From Candidatus Hydrogenedentota bacterium (GTDB lineage: Bacteria; Hydrogenedentota; Hydrogenedentia; Hydrogenedentales; GCA-2746185), in contig JAYGCN010000306.1 in assembly GCA_046583315.1 (NCBI GenBank), positions 1 through 64,000 on the forward strand: DNA of 64,000 nucleotides. The letters are read 5' to 3'. The notes beneath the pieces were generated by a model. The model was given only the letters and a program-made list of their open reading frames with translations, ran no database searches and had not been told where the DNA came from. Of this stretch, positions 9,653 to 19,979 are shown in pieces. Within the stretch, counting starts at the first letter, position 1, and each line of letters opens with the position of its first letter. The translations under genes and the position numbers were made by a program.

Positions 9653-10495
9653 TTAAAACCTACCCAACCCTTTCACCTTCGTCCGAATGCTATAAACCGC
9701 ACTGCGCGCCGTCACAAACAATGTTTTCCCGTCTTCCCCGCCAAAACAACAATTCGTCGGTTTCGCTGGCAACTCAAATGCCTCCACCTGCTCCCCGCTT
9801 CTATTGAATACCGCCACGCCATTTCTGTCGGCTGTCCACAAATTTCCCTGCTCGTCTAAAGCAAATCCATCAGGATTCTTCACATCGCAAAATACGCGCT
9901 CGCCGGACACACTCCCGTCCGCTGCCACATCATACTGCCGAATCAACCCGCCCATGAAATCCGCGACATACAACGTCTTCTCATCCGGCGAAAAACCAAT
10001 CCCGTTCGGATAACGCGCCGTCGTGGACAACTCACTCAACGCGCCCGTCTCCGGATCAATGCGATAAACCCCGTTCGTCGAAAGCACCGTCTTCGTCGTA
10101 GCACCGGGGTCCGTAAAATAAATCCCGCCATCCGAACGCACGACCACGTCATTCGTCGAGTTCAATCCTTTGCCATCGAAGTTGTCCGCAAGTACGATTA
10201 TCGAGCCATCCGATTCCGTACGCGTGATGCGCTTCAATCCCGACTCACACGCAATCAGCCGCCCCTCGGAGTCGAGCGCCAAACCGTTGGCCAAATTGGA
10301 AGGGTTACGAAATTCACTCCCGTCGCCACGATACATGGTGTCCCCGCGCACATCACTGAACACCAAGCCTTCACCCGCGATCCACACCGGTCCTTCAGAG
10401 AACTTGTATCCCTCCGAGACAAGCGTCGCCTCTCCATCAAGCAAACTCGATGCCGAAAGAACCATCATCCCCAAAAACGCAATAGATGTCATCAA
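9653..10495 (-). CDS. SMP-30/gluconolactonase family protein, secreted
   Basis: FSEGPVW, ANGLA, NSTND, PNGIGFSPD, PDG, TNCCFGG; signal peptide. Confidence 0.88.
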   Translation of the reverse strand: MMTSIAFLGMMVLSASSLLDGEATLVSEGYKFSEGPVWIAGEGLVFSDVRGDTMYRGDGSEFRNPSNLANGLALDSEGRLIACESGLKRITRTESDGSIIVLADNFDGKGLNSTNDVVVRSDGGIYFTDPGATTKTVLSTNGVYRIDPETGALSELSTTARYPNGIGFSPDEKTLYVADFMGGLIRQYDVAADGSVSGERVFCDVKNPDGFALDEQGNLWTADRNGVAVFNRSGEQVEAFELPAKPTNCCFGGEDGKTLFVTARSAVYSIRTKVKGLGRF

Positions 10496-10593
10496 TGCCC
10501 AATCTCCTCAAACCATCTGGTAGCAACCGAAAGGTCATTATGGATAGCCACCCACTCAGAGTCAATCGCAACGCAAGGACCACCGCTTTCGAA

Positions 10594-13410
10594 CTATCTG
10601 TCAACTGTTTTCGGCAGCGGAACCTTCAACCAGCCATTGCCAGACGTCGCATACACCAGCTCCTCACTTCGAAAACACCAAATCAGCACTTTTTTGCCAT
10701 TCAGACGTCCCGCGTCAAGAGCCAGCTCAACACGCGCCTCATTCGCGCCACCAGCCGCCACGCCAATCGAATCGATCGGAAATCCAAGCACTCCCGCCAA
10801 CTGATCCACCAGTCCCGCGCCAAAATCATTCTCGCTACGACTCAAATGGGTCACAAAACTGTCCCCGATAATCAGTACCGGGCTAGCCCGCCAAGGCTCG
10901 ACGTTTATGAGCGTACCATCGTCCTTCAATTCCTTCACCGCCAACACATCCGTCAGAAAATCCTGATTCTCCGGCTTCAAAATATCGCTCTCCGGTGCCA
11001 AAACAGCCTGCGACCAGTGCGAGCCCTTATCCACCGCCTGTTCCTCGCGAATCACATAGTTTCGCTTCGACACCGCAGAAAATAGTTTATCCCCACCAAC
11101 ATGTCGATTAATAATATCCGCGATTTCCCGGTATCCATAACTCGACCAATGGTGATCATCCTTGCGATAGATGAGTTCATCCGCCTCGCCAATGCGGCGT
11201 GTCAATTCCGGATACAAATCAAGAACGTTGACCTCTCGTTCCCTCAACAGCGCATACAGTTCCGCATACTTTCGATCAAGACGAACGGAATCGTCAAGAT
11301 TGGTAAAAGAATCCGTCATCAGAATCGAGTCCGCATGAAAAAACAGCTTCGAAGGCGCAGGCATCAGAATCAATTCGACACCACGCGCACGAAGCACCTC
11401 GCTATAATCAGCGATCGCAGAAATCACGTTCGGCTCAACAAGACGCGAATGCCACTCCGTGGCCGTAGGAGCAAAAAACGTACCCGACAACAATGCCTTC
11501 GCCGAATGCCGCAGAAGATACCACCCATCTCGCCCGACCATATCCAGCGCGCCCGTGTATCCTATCTTCTCTTGACGGCTGACGGCCTCCATAAATGCCG
11601 ACTCCACCTCGCCGGTCGATGTACGCATGCGTTCCGCAACGAGCGACTCCGCATTTCCAATTACCGACGCACTTCCCCTATTTTCCTGAACACTCGCCGG
11701 ATTCGATTCAACGGTCGAGCCCGCCTCAAGAAACTCTCCATAAAACGCATCCAATCGCAACAAACTGAGGTCATCGAAGTCGCTTCGACTAAAACTGCCC
11801 AGCGAGTCCCGCGTTGACAACCACGGTTGCAGCTGCACCATCACTTCCTGCCCACGCGCATACGTCGCAGCCTCGGTATGTTTGTGCTCCTGCATGCCCC
11901 ATGCAAAAACGACGACCCCGCTCGGAAAGCTCGTCGATCCCGCCACTACCACGTCCCTGAGGTGAATGGAGATCAGCCCGTTGGGATAAGGCGTTTCATT
12001 CGGAGCCGGGGGTCGCGTGATAGACTCAATGACACCCCGCGCCACAACAGCATCACCAGCATAATCATTCGTGGGCACTACCCGCGGCGCATACTCGTAG
12101 CCCGTGCGCCAATCGCCAAACGACAGTTCACGGGTCGAAAATTCCCAGATAACCAATTTCTTTCCACGCAACCGATCATCGCCCGCCTGAATATCGCGAC
12201 TCAACGTTTCGCGGGTCGCATAGGCCCCCTGATCGTTAATCCGGATTCCGTCCATCGCAACGCCCAAGTTATAACTAAGCTGCTCGACAAGCCCCATGCC
12301 TCTTCCCCAACCCAGCGACGGGTCCGAGTAGATACGCGAAAAACTGTCGCCAAGCACGAGGACCGATGCCGACTCATCTTCCGTCCACGCCGCCCCGGAA
12401 GTATAAAATAGTTTTCGAGGCGTTATCGTTCGCTCCGCCTGAATACGTCCGCGCCAACGTAAATCCAGAAAAAGAGTTTCATCGTCACGCCGGTCCAACA
12501 TGCGCACAAGATCACCGCTCCCCCTGAACCCCATCTGCTCATTCACGCGAAAAGAAACCGGGTCACTGACCGGAATCAGATCATGAGTCCGCACATAGTC
12601 CGCAATCGTGTCAGCCGCCACACGCATGCCCTCGGGACTCCAGTGACTATCCGTCGCCAGATACAGCGGCTTCGACACCTCCTCTTTGGCATTAATCAAA
12701 TCAGGAAGCACATCGACCGCATAAATACCATGTTCCGCCATACGCTCCAAGTACGCCGCGAACGAAACATTCTGCAATCCCCCCTCCTCAGCCGGAAACG
12801 CAGCGCTAAACTCCTCCGGATACACACCCGCCTTCGTAGGCACCGGTACAACCAGCAATTCAACCCCGCGCGCCGCAAGACGATCCCGGAATTCAACCAT
12901 CGCGGCCAACGGATCGCTTTCAACCCCCTCCGTAATGGCCCGCGCACGCAATATCCCCGGTTCCAAAAAACCCGGACCCGTCACATGATCAATCGAAGGA
13001 CGATAAAACATCCAATCCCGTTGCCCCAGATACAGCTGCTCATTCATGTCATTCCGGAATCGGGAAAGCGTGCGATTCATTCCCGGCAACAACGCAGCTC
13101 GCAACCATGAATCCTGCTCCAACGTATCTTCATAGCCCTCCATGCGACCAATCGTCTCATCGAGCACGATCGCTACCGAAACCGCGCGCAACGCCGCACC
13201 AGATGGCAACACCCGATCCACGCGAACACTCGGACCCGCCAAACGCCCCTCACCTTCGAGTACATTTTGATAAATCGGCACAGAAAAAATAGTCATCAAG
13301 AACAAACCTATGCTGAACCATCGCAATGCAGGCGACAATTCAGTCCGACCAATCTCAAGCCGGGCCTGTTTCTCTCGCACTGTCTCGTTATGGGAATCGT
13401 GATTCATCAT
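10594..13410 (-). CDS. AlgX/AlgJ-related SGNH O-acetyltransferase with two tandem catalytic domains
   Basis: Two copies of the motif series LLVVPVPTK/LILMPAPSK, DSHWS/DHHWS, GDSFS/GDSFV, KKLVIWEF/KKVLIWCF; N-terminal TM; follows MBOAT gene. Confidence 0.8.
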   Translation of the reverse strand: MMNHDSHNETVREKQARLEIGRTELSPALRWFSIGLFLMTIFSVPIYQNVLEGEGRLAGPSVRVDRVLPSGAALRAVSVAIVLDETIGRMEGYEDTLEQDSWLRAALLPGMNRTLSRFRNDMNEQLYLGQRDWMFYRPSIDHVTGPGFLEPGILRARAITEGVESDPLAAMVEFRDRLAARGVELLVVPVPTKAGVYPEEFSAAFPAEEGGLQNVSFAAYLERMAEHGIYAVDVLPDLINAKEEVSKPLYLATDSHWSPEGMRVAADTIADYVRTHDLIPVSDPVSFRVNEQMGFRGSGDLVRMLDRRDDETLFLDLRWRGRIQAERTITPRKLFYTSGAAWTEDESASVLVLGDSFSRIYSDPSLGWGRGMGLVEQLSYNLGVAMDGIRINDQGAYATRETLSRDIQAGDDRLRGKKLVIWEFSTRELSFGDWRTGYEYAPRVVPTNDYAGDAVVARGVIESITRPPAPNETPYPNGLISIHLRDVVVAGSTSFPSGVVVFAWGMQEHKHTEAATYARGQEVMVQLQPWLSTRDSLGSFSRSDFDDLSLLRLDAFYGEFLEAGSTVESNPASVQENRGSASVIGNAESLVAERMRTSTGEVESAFMEAVSRQEKIGYTGALDMVGRDGWYLLRHSAKALLSGTFFAPTATEWHSRLVEPNVISAIADYSEVLRARGVELILMPAPSKLFFHADSILMTDSFTNLDDSVRLDRKYAELYALLREREVNVLDLYPELTRRIGEADELIYRKDDHHWSSYGYREIADIINRHVGGDKLFSAVSKRNYVIREEQAVDKGSHWSQAVLAPESDILKPENQDFLTDVLAVKELKDDGTLINVEPWRASPVLIIGDSFVTHLSRSENDFGAGLVDQLAGVLGFPIDSIGVAAGGANEARVELALDAGRLNGKKVLIWCFRSEELVYATSGNGWLKVPLPKTVDR

Positions 13411-14868
13411 CTAAAAAATAAAATATATAAACGGGTTGTATTCCTGCGTAGTCATCACAGCGATGGCCACGTACAAGGCAGCAAAGCACCACGCTACTTT
13501 TGTCCAGGTGAGTTGCCGCGTAAAATCCCAGGTCTGAGGCATGAACCACGCGAATACGCAGGCTACCGCAAAACTGAAGAAGTAATAGGGCTGATGAATA
13601 ATCGTGCCAAGCAACGACGCGCCGGATGCCGCACTCCCCAGCCCGAACATGCTCAGCAGATAATCACCCGCACCCCCAATCGTTTCCGAACGGAAAAATA
13701 CCCAGGCGAACGACGCGATGACAAAGGTCAGCGCGACACGCAACGGATCGGGTAGCGATCGGTAAATACTGTCCTTACCCTGCAACCGCTCAAACGCCAG
13801 CATGCCCCCGTGAATGCCTCCCCACGCAACGAAATTCCACGATGCGCCATGCCACAACCCGCCCAGCAGCATAACCATCGCCAAATTCACATACGTACGC
13901 CCGTCCCCTTTCCGATTCCCCCCCAAGGGAATATACAAATAGTCCCGAAGAAAATGCGACAACGACAGATGCCATCGCTGCCAAAACTCGGTAATCGATT
14001 TCGATTTATACGGGGAGTCGAAGTTTTTCGGAAACACGAAGCCAAAAAACAACCCCAATCCGATCGCCATATCCGAATACGCACTGAAATCAAAATAGAT
14101 CTGAAAACTATACGCAAACAATCCGTACCACGCGTCCAGCATCTCGCGCGATCCCGCATCAAAACACACATCTGCAATTTTCCCGCAAGGATTGGCAATG
14201 AGAATCTTCTTCGCCATACCCAGACTCACAAACGCCACGCCACGCGCGAATTTTTCCGACGTGTGATTTCGATGCTGCAGCTGATTGGCCACCTCGTGAA
14301 AGCGAACAATCGGCCCCGCAACCAACTGCGGAAACATCGTCACGTAACACGAAAAATCTGTATAACTACGCACTGCGCGCGCATCGCCCCGATACACATC
14401 AATCGAATAACTCATCGACTGAAATGTGTAGAAACTGATGCCGAGCGGCAGCGTGACACGAAAGAACGTCTCCCATTGCAGTTGCCCGAGACCGAGCATC
14501 TCCACCAGCGAATTGTAATTTTCGATGCCGAAATTGAAGTACTTAAAAAAAGCCAGAAGCGACAAATTACTCGTGATCGACACAATCAGGGCCACACGTT
14601 GCGCACGCGACCGTTCCGCTTTCTGCGCCAACAACTTCGGTCGCCCGGCATCGTCGAGCCCCGCAGGTCGCGCGATCACAAGACCACAGAAAAAATCGAC
14701 CGTAGTCGACGCAAACATCAGCACAACAAAAGCAGGATTCGCCCAACCGTAAAATAGATAACTCAGGAGCGTCAAAAACACGTTCTTCGCACGACCCAGA
14801 GAGGCATAATAGATCAACAATGCGAGAGGTAGAAAGTAGAACAAGAAAATGTATGAACTGAATACCAT
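13411..14868 (-). CDS. algI: MBOAT family O-acyltransferase (AlgI/PatA-like)
   Basis: LPLGISFYTFQ, FPQLVAGPI, YFDFSAYSDMAIG, FWQRWHLSLS, GLWHGA, C-terminal PFIYFIF. Confidence 0.9.
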   Translation of the reverse strand: MVFSSYIFLFYFLPLALLIYYASLGRAKNVFLTLLSYLFYGWANPAFVVLMFASTTVDFFCGLVIARPAGLDDAGRPKLLAQKAERSRAQRVALIVSITSNLSLLAFFKYFNFGIENYNSLVEMLGLGQLQWETFFRVTLPLGISFYTFQSMSYSIDVYRGDARAVRSYTDFSCYVTMFPQLVAGPIVRFHEVANQLQHRNHTSEKFARGVAFVSLGMAKKILIANPCGKIADVCFDAGSREMLDAWYGLFAYSFQIYFDFSAYSDMAIGLGLFFGFVFPKNFDSPYKSKSITEFWQRWHLSLSHFLRDYLYIPLGGNRKGDGRTYVNLAMVMLLGGLWHGASWNFVAWGGIHGGMLAFERLQGKDSIYRSLPDPLRVALTFVIASFAWVFFRSETIGGAGDYLLSMFGLGSAASGASLLGTIIHQPYYFFSFAVACVFAWFMPQTWDFTRQLTWTKVAWCFAALYVAIAVMTTQEYNPFIYFIF

Positions 14869-14893
14869 GGTCTAAAACCGATTTCCGCGAACG

Positions 14894-15139
14894 CTAGAGC
14901 AACGCAATGGCCAGCCCACCCAACACGACCAATCCGAGCACAGCCGCCGCACCGCAACCTGAAGATGCCTTCGCGAACTTCTCAGGAATTTCCGCGCGCA
15001 TCTCCCGCTCAAGCTTCTCGACTGCCTCCTTCGCCTCTTTGAGTCCGAGTCCCGTAGCCTCACGATAGAATTTGATGGCCTCGATCTTCGAACCCTTCAA
15101 TATCAGTGCCGCAAGCTCGGCCTTTTCTGACTCTTCCAC
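14894..15139 (-). CDS. Small protein with L7/L12 C-terminal-like motif and C-terminal TM anchor
   Basis: KIEAIKFYREATGLGLKEAKEAVE; GTG start with AGGAGG RBS; ends SSGCG plus hydrophobic tail. Confidence 0.75.
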   Translation of the reverse strand: MEESEKAELAALILKGSKIEAIKFYREATGLGLKEAKEAVEKLEREMRAEIPEKFAKASSGCGAAAVLGLVVLGGLAIALL

Positions 15140-15207
15140 GCGAGAATCCTCCTGACTCGTTATACCACGTTGCCCAATTCGATTCTATTGCAACGCCTCG
15201 GTGCCAC

Positions 15208-16734
15208 TCAACCGATAAATCGATTCAACACATTGCGTGTAATTTGCTCAACCCTGGAATCAGGCCCATGCGGACGTCCGTAATGGGATATCGGCGGCAT
15301 GTGTCCCGGCGGCACGGACAAGCCCTGCGCCCACCAAATCGTAGCTGCATTAAACACCCAGTTCCCCTTTGGCCCTGGATAGGTCGTAGCGGTCCAATGC
15401 GCCGTTTCGTCACCGGTATTCGTGGCAATGCCCTCCGCAACAACTTTCAATCCGGGAATATCTGCGGGTTCACCATGAAACTCCCAGCCTACGAGCCCCG
15501 GTATCCGATCACCCTTCTTAACACCCGTTCCCTCAAAAATCCATGACGATGGATCGGAAATAATCCAGTCGCCGGATCCGTTATACGGATTTGTAGTGCG
15601 CGCACCGATCAGATTCGCTTCATTCGGCGCGTCATGAATCTTGAAAGTCCCCATTTTCTTTTTCTCGACCTCACTCAGCCCGCCATACCGTCCCGCGCGT
15701 TCAATAATCCGATTCGGCGCACCTGTCGAACTCGGATCAAAGGGCGACACAAAACAACAGGTATTGCCGGAGAAAAATGCGGCGTTCAACCCCTCATCCA
15801 CCGCCCGCTTCACATGATCAAACTGCTCGAGACTCCAATACTCGTCATGCCCGACCGATAGAAAACCCTTCACTCGTTTCAGCGGTTCCATACTCGCGTG
15901 AATATCGGTATTCGAGCAATACGTCACGTCATATCCTTCACGCTCCATCCAGAACGCCAGCGGAAATTCCCATAACAAAAATTCCCCCGACCCCTGCGAC
16001 AATGGCTGATCCAAAATCTGGCAATATTTTCCATACGGACGGTCGTAGCTGACCTTGATGCCCGACTTCAGTGCCCACTGACTTACTCCGTCATCGTAGA
16101 GCGCATAATTATCCGGCCAGCGGTTGTAGGCCTGCCAAGTATTGTCGCTGCATTGAAAAAGCAAGTCCGCCTCGCGGTTTTCAGTCACAATAAAAATCAC
16201 ATAACTCTGAAACCGCCCTTCCACCAGCGACAATTTTCCCAGATAAACCCCGCTGACCCAATCGCCCGGAATCGTCAGCGTCGTGCTCACAGACCACTGG
16301 CATTCTTTGAGTCGATCAGTACCCTCCGCCGGATCGATCTGCATCTTCCCGTCAAACGGCCCCAACTGTTTCAGATGCCGTGCGCCCGTCCCGCCGTAAT
16401 ACCCCATCCGATACATATCAATCGTGAACGGTCCTCCCGGATTCGTGCTCACCATAATATCCAGCGATTCACCAGCCGAAACCGACGCCTTCGACACATA
16501 CCCTTCGATCAGAGGCGAACGATACCGCGTCGCCAGGTCCACTTTCGTATACGTCAACTGCCAATCCGTCGTGCCCGGCTTTGCGTTTTCCTCGATATTC
16601 CGATTCGACACGCGCTCCTGAGCACCTACCGCCTCTCCAGGACCACTCAGCCCCAATGCGATTCCTGCTGCAGCCGTTCCCTTCAACAAGTCGCGCCGGG
16701 TCACCTTCGATGCATTCGATTCTTCGTCGTTCAT
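15208..16734 (-). CDS. Tat-exported N,N-dimethylformamidase beta-subunit-family domain protein
   Basis: TRRDLLK leader; IEGY, YRMGYYGG, SGVYLGKL, TWQAYNRW, SYDRPY, SVGHDEYWS, FFSGNT. Confidence 0.75.
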   Translation of the reverse strand: MNDEESNASKVTRRDLLKGTAAAGIALGLSGPGEAVGAQERVSNRNIEENAKPGTTDWQLTYTKVDLATRYRSPLIEGYVSKASVSAGESLDIMVSTNPGGPFTIDMYRMGYYGGTGARHLKQLGPFDGKMQIDPAEGTDRLKECQWSVSTTLTIPGDWVSGVYLGKLSLVEGRFQSYVIFIVTENREADLLFQCSDNTWQAYNRWPDNYALYDDGVSQWALKSGIKVSYDRPYGKYCQILDQPLSQGSGEFLLWEFPLAFWMEREGYDVTYCSNTDIHASMEPLKRVKGFLSVGHDEYWSLEQFDHVKRAVDEGLNAAFFSGNTCCFVSPFDPSSTGAPNRIIERAGRYGGLSEVEKKKMGTFKIHDAPNEANLIGARTTNPYNGSGDWIISDPSSWIFEGTGVKKGDRIPGLVGWEFHGEPADIPGLKVVAEGIATNTGDETAHWTATTYPGPKGNWVFNAATIWWAQGLSVPPGHMPPISHYGRPHGPDSRVEQITRNVLNRFIG

Positions 16735-16808
16735 GCAGAAATCCCCTATGTGATCCTGTTCATTCCCAGCATATCACGCCCCCACCAGAAGTTACATCCC
16801 AAACATGG

Positions 16809-16855
16809 TTGATCTCAGCCCATTCCTGCCGTAAGCTAAACGAATTTACCGGAGG
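16809..16855 (+). promoter_or_regulatory. Putative promoter TTGATC-N17-TAAGCT and GGAGG RBS
   Basis: -35 at 16809-16814, -10 at 16832-16837, RBS at 16851-16855. Confidence 0.4.
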
Positions 16856-16863
16856 TTTCAAAC

Positions 16864-19800
16864 TTGTTCGCTCGTTCGATTCTACTTATCACCTACGCAA
16901 TATTTTCGACAACGACGCACGCACAGACCACCGCCAGCGATCTCGTCGTACCCGAAGGCTTCACGGTCGAAAAAGTCGCGGACTCTTCTCTCACCGCCTA
17001 TCCCATGTTTATGGAGTTCGACGACGAAGGCAATCTGTTTATCGCGGAATCCACGGGCAAAGACAGTTCGGGCAAAGAAATGGCTGAGACGCCCGAATGC
17101 CAGATCCTGAAACTTGAGGACACAAATCAAGACGGCATCTTCGATAAACGCACTGTCTTCGCCGAAAAACTCAGTCTTCCCATGGGCATCCTCTGGCACC
17201 GGGGCAGCCTCTTCGTGGCCAGTCCACCCGAATTCCTGCGTTTCGACGATACGGACGGCGACGGCGTATCCGATCACCGCGAAGCCCTGCATACCGGCTG
17301 GAACGTATTCAACACCGCCAGCCTCCACGGCCCCTTCCTCGGCCCCGACGGCCGCCTCTACCTCACCCACGGCCGCCACGGATACGACATCACCAACCAG
17401 GAAGGCGAACATTTCGAAGGCCTCGCCTCGCGCATCTGGCGCTGCTGGCCCGACGGCTCCGAACTCGAACGATTCGCAGGCGGCGGCTTCGACAATCCCG
17501 TCGAACTCGTCTTCACCGATGCCGGAGAAATGATCGGCACCATGACCTATTTCACCGACCCCAAGCACGGTAAACGCGACGCACTCCTCCATTTCGTAAA
17601 AGGCGGCGTATACCCAAAACCCCACGAATCCATCAAAGAATTCGTCCATACCGGACCCGACCTGATGCCCGTTATGACCGAATTTTCACGCATAGCGCCC
17701 TCTGGCCTGCTGCGCTATAAAGGCAACTCCTTCGGAGACGCCTACGCCGACGATCTCTTCAGCGCACAGTTCAATCCTCACCGCGTGCAACGCCACAAAC
17801 TCATTCGAGACGGCGCAACCTTCCGCACCGAAGACGAAGACTTCCTCACCTCCACCAATCCCGATTTCTTCCCCACCGACGTGCTCGAAGACGCCGACGG
17901 CAGCCTGCTCGTCAGCGACACCGGCGCCTGGTACGTAGACGCCTGCCCCATCAGCCGCGTCGCACGACCCAACATCAAAGGCGCCATCTACCGTATCCGA
18001 AAAACTGACGTGCCGAAAATAGACGACCCCTGGGGCAACAAAATCGACTGGGATTCCGCATCGATCCAACAGTTAATTCAATACCTCGCCGATTCACGCA
18101 TTCGCGTCCAGGATCGCGCCGTACAGCGCTTAATCGCCCAAGGCAAAAACACCATTCCTCTGCTCGCTGGAACGCTTAAGAACAATCCCAACGCCAACAC
18201 ACGATTACAAGCATTAACCGCTCTTCGCCAAGTCGTTGGCAAGGGCAGAATCCAAGCAATTATCGACGCACTCCAGGACGATGCCCTCGAAGTGCGGCTC
18301 CAGACGATCCAGGCCCTCGCTGACATTCAAGACCCCGAAGCGTTCAAATACTTCAACGATTTCCTCATCCACGGCTCCCCCGCCGAACAACGTGAAATCG
18401 TGACCACATGGGCGCAACATCCCACTCAACTTGTCAGGGGAGCAACCCGGCCTCTGATCGATCAGTTCGAACATCCCCTCGATCGCCTCGTCGAACACGC
18501 GATCATCTACGCCCTCATCGAATGGAAGAATACCAAGGTACTCTACGAACGCCTGACCTCATCCAATGCCGGAGAAAACGTCCGCCGCGCCGCGTTAATT
18601 GCTCTCGATCAAATAGACGGCGCTGACCTGAACGCCGCTCACGCCATTCCCGCCCTCTCCTCAACCAACCCCGAAATCCGCCGCACAGGCCTATGGGTCG
18701 CATCCCACCACCCCGACTGGGCAGGCGAAGTGCTCGCCCATATCGAAAAGGGTCTCCGCGAATCCACCTTCGCTCCCTCAAACGGCACCGCTCAAGTCCT
18801 CCACGCCTATATCAATACGCCCGAATGCCGAACACTCATCGGAGATTTATTAAACGATAACGAAAGTTCGCCCAAACTCTCTGAATTCTTGCTTGATACC
18901 ATCGGAAACACATCCCTCGACCGACTTCCCAATCGCTGGAGCACCGGCATTGGCAAAAATCTCAACTCCAACGATGACACCCTGCGCTGGCGAGCACTCG
19001 ACCTGATTCGCGAGCGAGGCCTCGATAATTTCGACACAACACTCGACACCATCATCGCTGACAATTCCGAACCCGACCTCTTTCGCCTCACAGCAATCGC
19101 CGCACGCGCCCCGCGACTCGAAGCCTACACAGACGCACAGTTCGCCTACATCCTCAAGCAACTCACCCGTAACGACGCGCCAAGCCTGCGCCAGTCCGCA
19201 GCCCGATTACTCTCTGCCACCGACCTCGGAAAAACTCGCAAACACAATCTCGCCTCCGACTACCTCCCTAACGCGGACGCGCTTATCACAACCAGCATTC
19301 TCAATCTATTTCAGGGCGAGTCCGACGAAGAACTCGGCACAACCCTCATCGCAGGACTCCAGGCCAACGACTCCTTCGCTGATTTCGTCAATGCCGGCCA
19401 GCTCCAAGCCGCCTTCGAAAAATTCCCGACGAATATACAAGAAAAAACTGTGGCACTCCACGCCCAACTCGAACAAGGCGACGCAGCACTCATTGAACGC
19501 TTCACCCGCCTCGAACCCGCTCTCGGCACCGGCGATGTCGGACGCGGCAGACGCATCTTCTTCGGCGAAATGGCCGCCTGTTCAACATGCCACGCCATCG
19601 GCGAAGACGGCGGCACCCTCGGTCCCGACATGACCACCATCGGCGAAGTACGCTCCGGGCATGACTTGCTCGAAGCCGTCATGTTCCCCAATTCCAGTTT
19701 CGTACCCGATTTCACGCCCTACCAGATCGAAACCGGGGACGACGTGTTCTTAGGCATCATCGGACGCGAATCCAGCGAAGGTATCACGCTTCGAACCGGC

Positions 19801-19974
19801 GTAGACGAGCAACGCTTTATCCCCCGCGCCGCAATCACCTCCATGACCGCATCCACCGTCTCCGTAATGCCAGAAGGCCTCGATTCAGGGTTATCCGATC
19901 AGGAACTTCTCGACCTCATTACCTTCCTGCAAACGTTAGATGGAAACGGTTTCCTCGAACCCGCGAAACACTAA
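16864..19974 (+). CDS. PVC-type heme-binding CxxCH protein (putative membrane-bound dehydrogenase: beta-propeller, HEAT repeats, cytochrome c)
   Basis: LEDTNQDGIFD/DTDGDGVSD propeller repeats, GPDGRLY, HEAT region, GRRIF...CSTCH...GPD, SVMPEGL. Confidence 0.85.
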   Translation: MFARSILLITYAIFSTTTHAQTTASDLVVPEGFTVEKVADSSLTAYPMFMEFDDEGNLFIAESTGKDSSGKEMAETPECQILKLEDTNQDGIFDKRTVFAEKLSLPMGILWHRGSLFVASPPEFLRFDDTDGDGVSDHREALHTGWNVFNTASLHGPFLGPDGRLYLTHGRHGYDITNQEGEHFEGLASRIWRCWPDGSELERFAGGGFDNPVELVFTDAGEMIGTMTYFTDPKHGKRDALLHFVKGGVYPKPHESIKEFVHTGPDLMPVMTEFSRIAPSGLLRYKGNSFGDAYADDLFSAQFNPHRVQRHKLIRDGATFRTEDEDFLTSTNPDFFPTDVLEDADGSLLVSDTGAWYVDACPISRVARPNIKGAIYRIRKTDVPKIDDPWGNKIDWDSASIQQLIQYLADSRIRVQDRAVQRLIAQGKNTIPLLAGTLKNNPNANTRLQALTALRQVVGKGRIQAIIDALQDDALEVRLQTIQALADIQDPEAFKYFNDFLIHGSPAEQREIVTTWAQHPTQLVRGATRPLIDQFEHPLDRLVEHAIIYALIEWKNTKVLYERLTSSNAGENVRRAALIALDQIDGADLNAAHAIPALSSTNPEIRRTGLWVASHHPDWAGEVLAHIEKGLRESTFAPSNGTAQVLHAYINTPECRTLIGDLLNDNESSPKLSEFLLDTIGNTSLDRLPNRWSTGIGKNLNSNDDTLRWRALDLIRERGLDNFDTTLDTIIADNSEPDLFRLTAIAARAPRLEAYTDAQFAYILKQLTRNDAPSLRQSAARLLSATDLGKTRKHNLASDYLPNADALITTSILNLFQGESDEELGTTLIAGLQANDSFADFVNAGQLQAAFEKFPTNIQEKTVALHAQLEQGDAALIERFTRLEPALGTGDVGRGRRIFFGEMAACSTCHAIGEDGGTLGPDMTTIGEVRSGHDLLEAVMFPNSSFVPDFTPYQIETGDDVFLGIIGRESSEGITLRTGVDEQRFIPRAAITSMTASTVSVMPEGLDSGLSDQELLDLITFLQTLDGNGFLEPAKH

Positions 19975-19979
19975 TTGCG

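Noticed and set aside
14894..15139. Call as ribosomal protein gene rplL
   Set aside because: No N-terminal dimerisation domain, has a TM tail, and no rplJ/rpoB context.
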